From Nitrospinaceae bacterium (GTDB lineage Bacteria > Nitrospinota > Nitrospinia > Nitrospinales > Nitrospinaceae): a stretch of DNA of 64,000 bases. The notes below the pieces were generated by a model that saw nothing but the letters and a program-made list of their open reading frames with translations, did not search any database and had not been told where the DNA came from. The position numbers and the translations under genes were made by a program. Location of the stretch: the NCBI GenBank assembly GCA_965237905.1, contig OZ250172.1, positions 1,120,001-1,184,000 on the forward strand, written 5' to 3'. Positions 1 through 9,878 of this stretch are shown piece by piece (position 1 is the stretch's first letter; each line of letters begins with the position of its first letter).

Positions 1-36
1 GTTGCCCGGCCAGCGTTACGCTGGGGGAATCATACT

Positions 37-1035
37 GTGGAAAACCGTCCACTCATTGCCATTACCATGGGTGACCCCTCAGGGATCGGCCCGGAAATTA
101 TCGTCAAGGGATTGGCCACCCCGCCCGATATCTGCCGCACCGTCATCATCGGCGACGCCGCGTGGCTCCAGCAACACGCATCGCAATGGGCGCCGCAACT
201 CTCGATCCGCCCCATCAAAGACCTCAGCGAAGCACGCCACGCCCCCGGCGTTCTTGATGTCCTGGACCTCCGCAACGTTCCTGAGAATCTGAAAATGGGC
301 CGCGCCACCACTGAAGGAGGGAGAGCCGCCGTCGAATACATCCGCAAAGCGGTCGAGTTGGCGACAGGACATCAGGTGCACGCCATCACCACTGCCCCCA
401 TCAACAAGGAAGCCATGCATCTGGCGGGATTCAAATATCCGGGGCACACTGAAATGCTGGCAGACTTCACGCGCACTCCGGAAGTCGCTTTGATGCTGGC
501 AGGGGGAAGCCTGCGCGTGGTACTGGCCACCACCCACGTTCCCCTGAGTGAAGTGCGGAACCTTTTAACCCGCGACCGCATTCTGAAGACCATCCGGCTG
601 ACCCATCAATGGCTGACGCAGGTGGGGATTGAGCACCCCAACCTCGCCGTGACCGGCCTCAATCCGCACAGTGGCGACGGCGGTATTTTCGGCGACGAAG
701 AAACCGAGACGATTCTCCCGGCCATCGAAGCCGCTCAGAAAGAAAATATTGAAGTCACCGGTCCATTCTCCGCCGATGCCCTGTTCGGCAGGATTCATGA
801 AGCCTCTTATGACGCGGTCATCACCATGTATCACGACCAAGGCATGATCCCGATCAAAATGGCATCGATGGACCGCGCGGTCAACATCACCCTGGGCCTG
901 CCCATTATCCGCACCTCGGTAGATCATGGCACCGCGTTCGACATCGCCGGTCAGGGTATCGCCAAACCGGACAGCCTGCTGGAAGCGCTCAAGGTCGCCG
1001 CCACGCTCGCTCAATCTTCCCTTGTGTCCCCATGA
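37..1035 (+). CDS. pdxA: 4-hydroxythreonine-4-phosphate dehydrogenase
   Basis: ITMGDPSGIGPE, GHTE, GLNPH, MYHDQG and IIRTSVDHGTAFDIAG motifs; pdxA-rsmA synteny; GTG start. Confidence 0.95.
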   Translation: MENRPLIAITMGDPSGIGPEIIVKGLATPPDICRTVIIGDAAWLQQHASQWAPQLSIRPIKDLSEARHAPGVLDVLDLRNVPENLKMGRATTEGGRAAVEYIRKAVELATGHQVHAITTAPINKEAMHLAGFKYPGHTEMLADFTRTPEVALMLAGGSLRVVLATTHVPLSEVRNLLTRDRILKTIRLTHQWLTQVGIEHPNLAVTGLNPHSGDGGIFGDEETETILPAIEAAQKENIEVTGPFSADALFGRIHEASYDAVITMYHDQGMIPIKMASMDRAVNITLGLPIIRTSVDHGTAFDIAGQGIAKPDSLLEALKVAATLAQSSLVSP

Positions 1036-1820
1036 GAAAAAAACAACCGCTCGGCCAGAATTTCCTGACCGATCCAGAAATCGCTTCCGAAATCGTCCGC
1101 CAGGCCCACATTCCGTCAGAGGGAAAAGTGGTGGAGATCGGCCCCGGCAAGGGAATCCTGACCCACCTCCTGCTGGAACAGGCCGGATCCCTGCTAGCTG
1201 TCGAAGTCGACCCCAGATTGTGCGGACTCCTGCACCGGCAGTTCGGCAAGCATCCCAAGTTCCAGCTGGTGGAAGCCAATGCCATGACCTACGACTACAG
1301 CGCCGCAGGGGATCGCTATCAAGTGGTGTCGAACCTGCCCTATTATGCCGCCATGCCCATCATGAAACGGCTGATCCATTACAAGGATCACATCGTGAAC
1401 ATGACGCTGATGCTCCAGAAAGAAGTGGTGGACCGCCTCGTCGCCCAGCCGGAGACCAAAGCCTACGGTTCGCTATCGGTATTCACTCAGTTTCACTGCC
1501 GGGTAGAGCGTCTTCTGGAAGTAAAAAGAGAGTCCTTCTTCCCGGCGCCCAAGGTGCATTCGTCGGTGATCCGGCTGACTCCCCTGCCGCAACCGCCGGT
1601 GTCTGTCGATAACCTCAAGACGTTCCATCATGTGGTGAACACGGCCTTTTTTCATAAACGGAAAATGCTGCGGAACAACCTGAAAGGTTTGAACAAGCCG
1701 TATCAAATTGATATAAAAAAAATAGAAGCCGCGGGCATTCCGCTGGACCGCCGGGGAGAAACCCTGACGCTGGCAGAATTCGCCGCACTCGCCAACCTGA
1801 TCGAAGCGAACCATGACTGA
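1032..1820 (+). CDS. rsmA: 16S rRNA m6,2A1518/1519 dimethyltransferase (KsgA)
   Basis: LGQNFL, VEIGPGKG, SNLPY, MLQKEV, FFPAPKVHS motifs. Confidence 0.96.
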   Translation: MRKKQPLGQNFLTDPEIASEIVRQAHIPSEGKVVEIGPGKGILTHLLLEQAGSLLAVEVDPRLCGLLHRQFGKHPKFQLVEANAMTYDYSAAGDRYQVVSNLPYYAAMPIMKRLIHYKDHIVNMTLMLQKEVVDRLVAQPETKAYGSLSVFTQFHCRVERLLEVKRESFFPAPKVHSSVIRLTPLPQPPVSVDNLKTFHHVVNTAFFHKRKMLRNNLKGLNKPYQIDIKKIEAAGIPLDRRGETLTLAEFAALANLIEANHD

Positions 1821-3345
1821 CCGCTCGCACACAACTGGGAAAGTCGCGCTGGTCGGTGCCGGGCCCGGAGACGAGGGCCTGCTGACCCTGCGGGGCAAAG
1901 AGTGGCTGGAACGGGCGGACGTCGTCATCTACGACCATCTGGCCAATGAACGGCTCCTGCGCTTCACCCAATCGGGAACGGAATTCATCTACGCCGGCAA
2001 AAAGGAAGGACGGGTCACGCTCTCCCAGGACCAGATCAATGGCCTATTGATCGAAAAAGCAAAGCTTGGCGAAATTGTCGTGCGGTTGAAAGGCGGCGAT
2101 CCGTTCATCTTCGGCCGGGGCGGCGAGGAAACCCAGGCCCTCTCGGAAGCAGGCATTCCTTTTGTTGTCGTGCCAGGAGTCACCTCCCCCATCGGTGTCG
2201 CGGCTTATGCGGGAATCCCGTTAACCCATCGCGACTTTTCTTCGACCCTCTCGATTATTACCGGGAGCAACGAAAAAGGTAAAGAAGATGCGCACATCGA
2301 CTGGGAGAAAATCGCCAGCCGTTCGGGTACCCTCATTTTTCTGATGGGCGCGCGCAAGCTGAAACACATCTCGGACAATCTGATGAAATACGGCAAAGAC
2401 CCCGACACGCCCATTGCGGTGATCCAGTGGGGCACGACCTACCGGCAGAAAACCTGGACGGGCACGTTGAACACCATCGTCGATATCGCCGCGAAGGAAA
2501 ATATCAAACCACCAGCGCTGACCATCGTCGGCGAAGTCGTCAATTTAAAACCACACACCGACTGGTACGAAACCCTGCCACTGTTCGGCAAGACCCTCAT
2601 TATCACCCGCCCGGAAGAGCAGTCGGAAGCTTTCATCCAAGGACTGTTGGAGCGCGGGGCCGAACCCCTTTTGTTTCCCGTTATCGAAACCGTGCCACCA
2701 AAGGATTGGAAACCGTTGGACCAGGCCATTCAAAAACTGGACAGTTACGATGGATTGATCTTCACCAGCGTCAACGGTGTTAAGTTTTTCATGCGGCGTC
2801 TCAAAGAAAAGGGAAAAGATGTGCGCGAGCTGAAAGGACTGCGGCTGTACGCCATCGGATCCAAAACTGAAAAGGCAATCAATACACTGGGCATCAACGT
2901 GGACGTCGTGCCGGAGGATTTCGTCGCCGAGTCGTTGATCGACAGCCTGGGGAAAGAAAACATCAAAGGAAAACGATTTTTACTACCCCGCGCCGCCGTG
3001 GCCCGCGAAACCCTGCCCGATCAATTGCGGGCACAGGGCGCCACCATCGATATCGCCCCCACCTACCGGACCGCCCGCCCGCAAACCAATACGCAGGAAT
3101 TGGTTCGCCGTTTAAAAGAGGAAAGCATTGACGCCGTCACCTTCACCTCCTCCTCCACCGTGACCCATTTCATGGAACTGATCGGTGAGAAACTCAAACC
3201 GCAACTTGCAAAAATTGCCGTCGCCTGTATCGGTCCCGTGACTGCCAAAACCGCCAAGAGCGCCGGATTGAGGATCGATATCATGGCCGAAGAATACACC
3301 GTCGACGGCCTGATCGCGGCGCTGGAAAAATATTTCGGCCGGTAG
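1813..3345 (+). CDS. cobA: Uroporphyrinogen-III C-methyltransferase / uroporphyrinogen-III synthase fusion (CobA-HemD)
   Basis: N-terminal VGAGPGD and RLKGGDPFIFGRGGEE; C-terminal HemD domain (IFTSVNGV, FTSSSTV, CIGPVTA). Confidence 0.93.
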   Translation: MTDRSHTTGKVALVGAGPGDEGLLTLRGKEWLERADVVIYDHLANERLLRFTQSGTEFIYAGKKEGRVTLSQDQINGLLIEKAKLGEIVVRLKGGDPFIFGRGGEETQALSEAGIPFVVVPGVTSPIGVAAYAGIPLTHRDFSSTLSIITGSNEKGKEDAHIDWEKIASRSGTLIFLMGARKLKHISDNLMKYGKDPDTPIAVIQWGTTYRQKTWTGTLNTIVDIAAKENIKPPALTIVGEVVNLKPHTDWYETLPLFGKTLIITRPEEQSEAFIQGLLERGAEPLLFPVIETVPPKDWKPLDQAIQKLDSYDGLIFTSVNGVKFFMRRLKEKGKDVRELKGLRLYAIGSKTEKAINTLGINVDVVPEDFVAESLIDSLGKENIKGKRFLLPRAAVARETLPDQLRAQGATIDIAPTYRTARPQTNTQELVRRLKEESIDAVTFTSSSTVTHFMELIGEKLKPQLAKIAVACIGPVTAKTAKSAGLRIDIMAEEYTVDGLIAALEKYFGR

Positions 3346-3513
3346 CATCCTCCTTATAACCTATTATAAATTAATGCTTTGGTCTCCTTCGCAAAATCAG
3401 GATGTCTGGAAATATTTCAACCCCACAGTTTCCAAGCTCTTATAATTTTGTTTCAATCCTTAAAAAGGGTACAATTTCTTTCATCAATTGATATTCACCG
3501 AAGGCATTGCTTT

Positions 3514-3867
3514 ATGACCATGCGATCCATCCGCATCAGCCACATACTATTGACCACCGAAGAGTTGGCTGTGACGATCTATGACATGTTGAAAGAAATC
3601 GGCGACCAGGAACTGCTGTTCAAGACGTTCGGACGGCTGGCGAAAAAATACAGCGCCTGCGGAACCCGTGACAAGAACGGTGACCTCGGATTCCTTGAAT
3701 TCAACACCAACGCCAAGGAACTGGAAGACGCCGCCATGGAAGCCAGTCTTGGCGAGGTCTGCGGACCGATAAAAAGCAAATTCGGTTTCCATGTGTTCGT
3801 CATCACGGAGGAAGAGCAGATGGGTGATACAGGAATCGACGGCATTCACCAGGTCACACTCCGCTAA
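3514..3867 (+). CDS. PpiC/parvulin-type peptidyl-prolyl isomerase
   Basis: SHIL, LAKKYSAC, GDLG, GPIKSKFGFHV parvulin motifs; start moved to ATG 3514 (3520 also possible). Confidence 0.85.
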   Translation: MTMRSIRISHILLTTEELAVTIYDMLKEIGDQELLFKTFGRLAKKYSACGTRDKNGDLGFLEFNTNAKELEDAAMEASLGEVCGPIKSKFGFHVFVITEEEQMGDTGIDGIHQVTLR

Positions 3868-3926
3868 CCGGCGTAGCCGCCGGAGGCAACTAGCTAACGG
3901 CCAGGCTGGCGCCTGGAAGCAATATC

Positions 3927-3984
3927 GCTGAGGCTGAATCCCCCGGTTGAAACGTTGTCTTCGCATCCAAGGCTTTTAAATTAT
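3927..3984 (+). repeat. Copy 1 of a dispersed ~42-60 bp intergenic motif (copy 2 at 54351-54411, minus strand)
   Basis: 3927-3968 matches the reverse complement of 54370-54411 at 34/42 positions; both are followed shortly by TTTAAATTAT. Confidence 0.75.
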
Positions 3985-4009
3985 CTGCGGCGATTCGCCG
4001 CCCAGTCTC

Positions 4010-5080
4010 ATGATTGAATCCATTTTAAAGAAAGCCCTTGAAGGCCAGCGCATCGACGGCGCCGAAGCGGTGCAGTTGTTTGCATGCACAGACATGAACC
4101 TGCTCGGCAACGTAGCGACGCGTCTTGCCCGAAAACGCCGGGAAACAGAAGACAACGTAGTCACCTACATCATCGACCGCAATATCAATTACACCAACGT
4201 CTGCGTCACCGACTGTTCGTTCTGCGCCTTTTACCGCCATGAAGGCCATGACGAAGCCTACGTCCTGCCGTTCGAAACCATCGCAAAGAAAATTGAAGAG
4301 ATGGTCGCCATCGGTGGGCGGCAGATTTTAATGCAGGGTGGGCATCACAAGGACCTGCGCATCGATTATTTCGAGGATCTGTTCAAGCGCATCAAAGAAC
4401 GGTTCGACGTTCACTTGCACGCTCTGTCTCCGCCAGAGATTGTCCACACCACCAAAATTTCCAAGATCCCGCTAAAGGAAACGCTGGAACGTTTAATCGC
4501 CGCAGGGCTGGATTCCATTCCCGGCGGGGGTGGAGAAATTCTGGTCGACCGCGTGCGCAAGATCATCAGTCCCAAAAAATGCTCTGCCGATCAATGGCTG
4601 GAAGTGATGGACCAGGCGCATCAACTGGGTCTCGCAACCACCGCCACCATGATGTACGGTCATGTGGAAACGCTGGAGGAACGCGTCGAACACCTTCTGC
4701 GCATCCGCGACCAGCAGGACAAGACCAGAGGATTCACCGCTTTCATTCCGTGGCCGTTTCAACCCGGACAAACGGAGCTGGCTAGCCGGATCAAACCGCA
4801 AGCCAACACGGGACTGGACTACCTGCGCACCCTCGCCATCTCCCGCATCGTGCTGGACAACATCGACAATATCCAGTCCTCGTGGGTCACGCAGGGACCG
4901 AAGATCGGCCAAATGGCTTTGTATTACGGCGCGAACGATATGGGAAGCGTGATGATGGAGGAAAACGTGGTGTCTGCGGCGGGCACTACTTATGATCTGG
5001 ACGAGAAGGAAATCTGCCGGTTGATTACCGACAGCGGCCACACGCCACAGAAACGGAACATGCGCTACGAGTTTGTCTGA
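4010..5080 (+). CDS. mqnC: Cyclic dehypoxanthinyl futalosine synthase (radical SAM, menaquinone futalosine pathway)
   Basis: RNINYTNVCVTDCSFCAFYR (CxxxCxxC), SIPGGGGEIL, TATMMYGH, QSSWVTQG, GANDMGSVMMEENVV. Confidence 0.92.
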   Translation: MIESILKKALEGQRIDGAEAVQLFACTDMNLLGNVATRLARKRRETEDNVVTYIIDRNINYTNVCVTDCSFCAFYRHEGHDEAYVLPFETIAKKIEEMVAIGGRQILMQGGHHKDLRIDYFEDLFKRIKERFDVHLHALSPPEIVHTTKISKIPLKETLERLIAAGLDSIPGGGGEILVDRVRKIISPKKCSADQWLEVMDQAHQLGLATTATMMYGHVETLEERVEHLLRIRDQQDKTRGFTAFIPWPFQPGQTELASRIKPQANTGLDYLRTLAISRIVLDNIDNIQSSWVTQGPKIGQMALYYGANDMGSVMMEENVVSAAGTTYDLDEKEICRLITDSGHTPQKRNMRYEFV

Positions 5081-5081
5081 T

Positions 5082-6146
5082 TCAGGTATACACGGGAGAT
5101 TTTTTGTACCAGCCGACGCCCCGGCGCATGAGGACGTTGATCACCGCCGCCGCCGGTACCGCAAGAAAGACACCGAGCAAGCCGAACAGTTCCGCACCCA
5201 CCAGCACCGCCAGCATGATCGCCACAGGATGCAGTCCGACTTGATCCCCCACTACGCGGGGAGTGATGACCATCCCCTCCAACATCTGCACTACACCAAA
5301 TACAGCGACCACACCCAGAACCGGACCTATCTCCTGAAATTGCAGAAAAGTCAGCACCGCCGCCGGTACAAACCCGAACACCAGGCCGAGGTAAGGAACG
5401 AGGTTGGCGTAACCGGCGAGGATTCCGATGAACAAACTCATTGGCGTTCCGCAGGCGAAGAGCCCGGCGCTGTACAAACCGGCCATCAGAGTGGCGACCA
5501 TCAACTGGCCCCGCACGAAGCGCGACAGGACGCGGTCGATTTCCTTGAAGATGTCGATGAACTGCTCGCGGATACGCGGCGGAACCAAATTCGCCACTTT
5601 GCCGTTGATGTGGTCGAAATCGCGCAGTAGATAAAACATGGCAACAGGAATAATGAACAGGTTGACAGCCACCAGAATCGCGCTGAACAAACCGGAAAGA
5701 GAGGACCACAGAAATTCCGTCAGGTTCCCGAGAAGCTGAAGGGGAAGCTCGCCCATCTTTTTCATTCCCTCATTAACGGCTTCCTGGATCTTACCCGGTT
5801 CCAACCACGCAATATTTTCGATTAAAGGACGTCCCCAATCCTGAAGCGTTTGCAGATAATTCGGAAGGTTGGCCGCGAGGTGTTCCATCTGCACACGAAA
5901 CAGCGGGACCAACACAGCGGTTCCCGCCAACGTCACCAGGAAAAACAAAGTCAGCAGAAGAATCACCGCCGGAGTGCGCGACAGTTTCCACTTTTCCATC
6001 TTGTCCACCAGGGGATCCAGCAGATAGGCCAGAGCGAAGGCGATGAAAAAAGGCGTCATCACCCGGCGCGCCAGATACAGAAATACCAACGCCACTCCTA
6101 GAGAAATCAGGAAGGTGATGAGCAGTCTCTTGTTTTTGGGGTCCAT
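5082..6146 (-). CDS. AI-2E family transporter (PerM-like)
   Basis: PFFIAFALAYLLDPLV, FYLLRD, FVRGQ, VPYLG, GLHPV signature segments; multiple TM helices. Confidence 0.9.
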   Translation of the reverse strand: MDPKNKRLLITFLISLGVALVFLYLARRVMTPFFIAFALAYLLDPLVDKMEKWKLSRTPAVILLLTLFFLVTLAGTAVLVPLFRVQMEHLAANLPNYLQTLQDWGRPLIENIAWLEPGKIQEAVNEGMKKMGELPLQLLGNLTEFLWSSLSGLFSAILVAVNLFIIPVAMFYLLRDFDHINGKVANLVPPRIREQFIDIFKEIDRVLSRFVRGQLMVATLMAGLYSAGLFACGTPMSLFIGILAGYANLVPYLGLVFGFVPAAVLTFLQFQEIGPVLGVVAVFGVVQMLEGMVITPRVVGDQVGLHPVAIMLAVLVGAELFGLLGVFLAVPAAAVINVLMRRGVGWYKKSPVYT

Positions 6147-6148
6147 AG

Positions 6149-7204
6149 TCAGAGGTCTTCCATTATGGAAGGAGTCGAGCCCGAAGAAGGAGAAGAAGGA
6201 TCCGGATCTAATAGACCGGGGCTTTCGGAACCGGGTTTATCAATGCCCACCGCAACGTCGGGTTGGGGTTTGGGTTCCCAGTAACGCTTCATCGCGTCCA
6301 GGAAAAAAACCGCCATTTTTTTTCCAACCACTTCAAAAGCTTGCAGTTCTCCTTTGAATTCTTCTTCGGCTTCGACGGATGCAAAATCGCTTCTGGCCGC
6401 AATCACGGTGGACTGGGTGGTGGAAACGGCTCGCAAGGTAAGATTGGCTTGCACGGTAGTCAGACCTTCCGCATTTTTATCGCCCCGTCGCGTGGTAACT
6501 GCCGTACCTACAATAACAATATCCACTTTCGCTTTCAAGCCAATGTCCACTGCGGCGTCGACGTCACCCTGCATAGCCTCAAACACTGTACTCTCGTCGA
6601 CCATTTCGCTGATCTTTTCGCGCGTGGTGACTTTCACGCCTGCCGCCAGAAATTTTTGCAGCATGGCCACCTCGGAAATGGGAACATACTCCCAAAAATC
6701 AGGCGGAGCTTCTGCGGACAGGCTCCTCTCACTGACAAGAATTACAGCCGTATTGGGTTTGACCAGAGACGCCAGGATCCCGAGCCTGCTGAGTGACCGG
6801 TTGATTGCCTCGGGAAAAAATACGACTTCCAGCTTGACCCGGCTGAATTGCTCCACATCGCTGTCATAAAATTCCAAGAACCGGTATTGCTTGACATATC
6901 TTTTGGGACGCTTCAACATTTTTGCCAGCGACTTCCGGTTTCGGCGATAGGCGGAGCCGCCCAGAAGATCCTGCAACGCCACGGTCAGCGCATTTTTAAA
7001 CGCATACTCCACCGCTATGGCCCGTCCCCGAGCATAATCATTATTTCTAACGGAAGATTTGCCTTCGGCTTCATAGACCAATTGGGACTCGCCTCTGGCC
7101 CAGACATTGCCTGCAAGAAACCCAAAAAGGAACAGCGCGGATATCGTCACAAGGAAACCCGGCATGATTTTTGTACAAGGATTTTGATTGAGTATACGGA
7201 TCAT
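6149..7204 (-). CDS. Exported hypothetical protein (FlgT-N/LPP20-like N-terminal segment)
   Basis: 351-aa ORF with signal-peptide-like N-terminus; overlaps the rluB stop; family call is weak. Confidence 0.6.
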   Translation of the reverse strand: MIRILNQNPCTKIMPGFLVTISALFLFGFLAGNVWARGESQLVYEAEGKSSVRNNDYARGRAIAVEYAFKNALTVALQDLLGGSAYRRNRKSLAKMLKRPKRYVKQYRFLEFYDSDVEQFSRVKLEVVFFPEAINRSLSRLGILASLVKPNTAVILVSERSLSAEAPPDFWEYVPISEVAMLQKFLAAGVKVTTREKISEMVDESTVFEAMQGDVDAAVDIGLKAKVDIVIVGTAVTTRRGDKNAEGLTTVQANLTLRAVSTTQSTVIAARSDFASVEAEEEFKGELQAFEVVGKKMAVFFLDAMKRYWEPKPQPDVAVGIDKPGSESPGLLDPDPSSPSSGSTPSIMEDL

Positions 7205-7935
7205 TTTTTGTCGGCCTCATGGACCAGAGCATTCAACGAACGCACTTCCTTCGGTGTTAAAAAACGGTAGGCGCCCAACGGAACCTCTTTCAGGTTGAGC
7301 TTGCCGAATTCAGTGCGGTTGATCTTGACGACCGGGTGGCCCACCTTTTCGTAGACCCGTTTGAGGTGGCGGTATTTACCCTCCGCCAGCCTTATGGAGA
7401 GCACGCTATTCTTACCCGTCGTCCTTTTGATATCAACTTTCATGGGGCCGGTGGGACGATTATCCAACGGCACACCTCTGCGAAGCCGGTTCAATGCTTT
7501 TTCTTCAGGCACGCCGCGAACCTTGACCAGATAGACGCGTGGAACTTTCGATTTGGGGGCCAGCAGTTTTTTGGACAAGTCGCCGTCGTTCGTAAACAAC
7601 AGCAGGCCCTCGGTATTGAAATCGAGACGGCCCACCGGATACACACGTGCGGGCAAATCCTTAAAAAAATCCATCACCGTCGGTCGGGCTTTATCATCTT
7701 TCACCGTGGTCAAACAACCCCGGGGCTTGTTGAACAGAATGAACACCTTCTTTTCGGGAGCGGGAAGCAGTCGGCCATTCACTTTAATCCGGTCCGCATC
7801 CGGATCCGCCAGAACTCCCTGTTGACGCACGACGGTGCCATTGACCGTCACCCGGCCCTCGTCAATCAAACGTTCTGCCTCTCGCCGGGAGGCGATGCCG
7901 GCGTTGGCAATGATTTTCTGTAAACGTAGGGTCAT
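7201..7935 (-). CDS. rluB: 23S rRNA pseudouridine synthase RluB-like (S4 + RsuA domain)
   Basis: RLQKIIANAGIASRR S4 domain, NKPRG, YPVGRLDFNTEGLLL; follows scpB; start taken at ATG 7935 (7968 possible). Confidence 0.88.
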   Translation of the reverse strand: MTLRLQKIIANAGIASRREAERLIDEGRVTVNGTVVRQQGVLADPDADRIKVNGRLLPAPEKKVFILFNKPRGCLTTVKDDKARPTVMDFFKDLPARVYPVGRLDFNTEGLLLFTNDGDLSKKLLAPKSKVPRVYLVKVRGVPEEKALNRLRRGVPLDNRPTGPMKVDIKRTTGKNSVLSIRLAEGKYRHLKRVYEKVGHPVVKINRTEFGKLNLKEVPLGAYRFLTPKEVRSLNALVHEADKK

Positions 7936-7960
7936 AGAATCGAGCGCGGAGGGTTGAATA

Positions 7961-8629
7961 TCAAGCATTGCCCGTTTCCGGGTCGTGGGCTCCGGTGGAT
8001 GCTTCTTCGCCGACGGTATCCTCGGCGAAATCGGTATCGGCGGAAGGCAAATCATCCCCTTCATTTTTAAATGTCAATTCACCCTGTTCGGGTTCGATTT
8101 GCCCTTCAAGTTCTTCGTTGAAGTCTTCCAGAGTCGGCATTTCACTCAGATCGCGCAGACCGAAGTATTCGAGAAATTTCTGGGTGGTGCGAAACATCAT
8201 GGGTTTACCTGGAACGTTCTTGCGGCCTGCGGGGCAAATGATTTTTTTCTCCAGAAGAGTCTTGACCACGCCGCTGGAATTCACCCCGCGAATTTCATCG
8301 ACTTCCGCCCGTGTCAACGGTTGCTTGTAGGCGATGATCGCCAGCGTGTCCAACGCCGCCCGCGATAGCTTGAAACTTTTATCCAGCTTCAAAAGTTTGC
8401 GAATCCAGTCCGAAAATTCCGGCCGCGTGCACAATTGAAATCCATCACCCACTTCAACGATTTGCAGGTTTTTGGATTGATACTCGTCCTGCAATTCTTT
8501 CAGCACCGTTTGCAGGCTCTCTTTGCTGGACCGGCCCAGAAACGTCTGGTACAGCAGATCCGCGCTTACCGGTTGGTCGGAAGCCAGCAGGAGATTTTCG
8601 ATGATGGGTTTTAACTCGTTACGGTCCAC
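7961..8629 (-). CDS. scpB: SMC-Scp complex subunit ScpB
   Basis: LSRAALDTLAIIAYKQPLTRAEVDEIRGV, TTQKFLEYFGL..L..MP. Confidence 0.95.
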   Translation of the reverse strand: MDRNELKPIIENLLLASDQPVSADLLYQTFLGRSSKESLQTVLKELQDEYQSKNLQIVEVGDGFQLCTRPEFSDWIRKLLKLDKSFKLSRAALDTLAIIAYKQPLTRAEVDEIRGVNSSGVVKTLLEKKIICPAGRKNVPGKPMMFRTTQKFLEYFGLRDLSEMPTLEDFNEELEGQIEPEQGELTFKNEGDDLPSADTDFAEDTVGEEASTGAHDPETGNA

Positions 8630-8699
8630 GGCGAATCCTCGTTGTTTCGTGTCATTCTATCCTGTCTGGAAAGCCACCGCAAAATTTAAATTGGAACTC

Positions 8700-9878
8700 T
8701 TATTTTTTAAAGTATTTACTGAGGGTGAGGCCCTGGGATTGATAATGGGAATTTAAATCCTTCCCATATATTTTGGTAGGCGTTTCAATGACTTTCTCAA
8801 ATTTTAGGCGGCAGAAGGTTTGTCCGTCTTCAACCATGAAGGGAACATCATGAGGACGGACTTCCATGACGGCGCGGGTTCCTAGGGATAAACGATTTTG
8901 ATCAGGACTCCAACCAAATCCTGGATCAAAAAAACCGGCATAATGAGTTCTTAGTTCTCCACTGTTTGGCTCATAAGCAACCATTTCGGCTAGAAAATGA
9001 GGCCAAATACAAATCTTTTCCTTCGACATCATGATGTAAAAGCTTTCCGGCTCAAGGATCAACCGATTCTTTTTATACGGGCGAATGGGTTCCCAAAATT
9101 CTAAAGGATCGTAATGATTTACTTTCGATAGATCTATGATATCACTATTCTGTTTGGCCTTATAAGCTACCACTCCGTCTTCTCTGGGCGACAAATCAAC
9201 ACTGATGTAAATACCGCGGTTAACCTTGATAGCTTTAATGGGAATTTCAAAACCGTTCTGGTCGAACAGAATCGGGTTTTTTTTATAATCCGGTTCCAAC
9301 CTTTTTTTACCCATTAACGTTGGTTGCCCATACCCTATTCTCAATTGATTGAGCTTTAGCCCTTCATAAACCCTGACTTGGAACGTACGCGGTATGACTT
9401 CAAGATACATTTTCCCTTTGTAGCCTCTGGGTATTTCGTCAAATCGATGCCCACGGTCAATAATAACTCGGGTAAACATATCCAATCGTCCCGTAGAACT
9501 TTTGGGGTTGGTTTTCCCGTAAATAGATGGGGGAAAATTCAATTCTTCCTGTAAGGGAATCAGATAAATGGTGCGGCGCTCCAGAATAGCGCCTTCGGGT
9601 CCACTCAAATCCACCTCATATTGTTTCAGGTCTTTCAGCTTGTTTTCCACTGTGTCATTTTCGGGTAGAAAACTGCTCCGAATGCGATAGGCTTTACTCC
9701 CTAGGCGCAAATCTAAACTGACAGGTTGAAATTGCGAATCCTCAATTGGCGCTTTCGAATGAATTATCCCCATATTACAAGCAGATGCTATCATTTGGGA
9801 GGGTAAGTATCCGGCCTTCCCCTTCCAGTCCCCTGCGGGTTCATTTTCAATCAAAGATTTTTCTGTAGTGGATTCCAT
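8700..9878 (-). CDS. dcd: Long-form (two-domain) dCTP deaminase
   Basis: QPVSLDLRLG, NPKSSTGRLD.FTRVI, GELRTHYAGFFDPGFG, MEVRPHDVPF, YQSQGLTLSKYF. Confidence 0.85.
   Translation of the reverse strand: MESTTEKSLIENEPAGDWKGKAGYLPSQMIASACNMGIIHSKAPIEDSQFQPVSLDLRLGSKAYRIRSSFLPENDTVENKLKDLKQYEVDLSGPEGAILERRTIYLIPLQEELNFPPSIYGKTNPKSSTGRLDMFTRVIIDRGHRFDEIPRGYKGKMYLEVIPRTFQVRVYEGLKLNQLRIGYGQPTLMGKKRLEPDYKKNPILFDQNGFEIPIKAIKVNRGIYISVDLSPREDGVVAYKAKQNSDIIDLSKVNHYDPLEFWEPIRPYKKNRLILEPESFYIMMSKEKICIWPHFLAEMVAYEPNSGELRTHYAGFFDPGFGWSPDQNRLSLGTRAVMEVRPHDVPFMVEDGQTFCRLKFEKVIETPTKIYGKDLNSHYQSQGLTLSKYFKK

Noticed and set aside
3895..3925. CAGG...GGAAGCA as a possible SRP (4.5S) RNA
   Set aside because: Lacks the GGAA tetraloop helix and the long flanking stem of SRP RNA.
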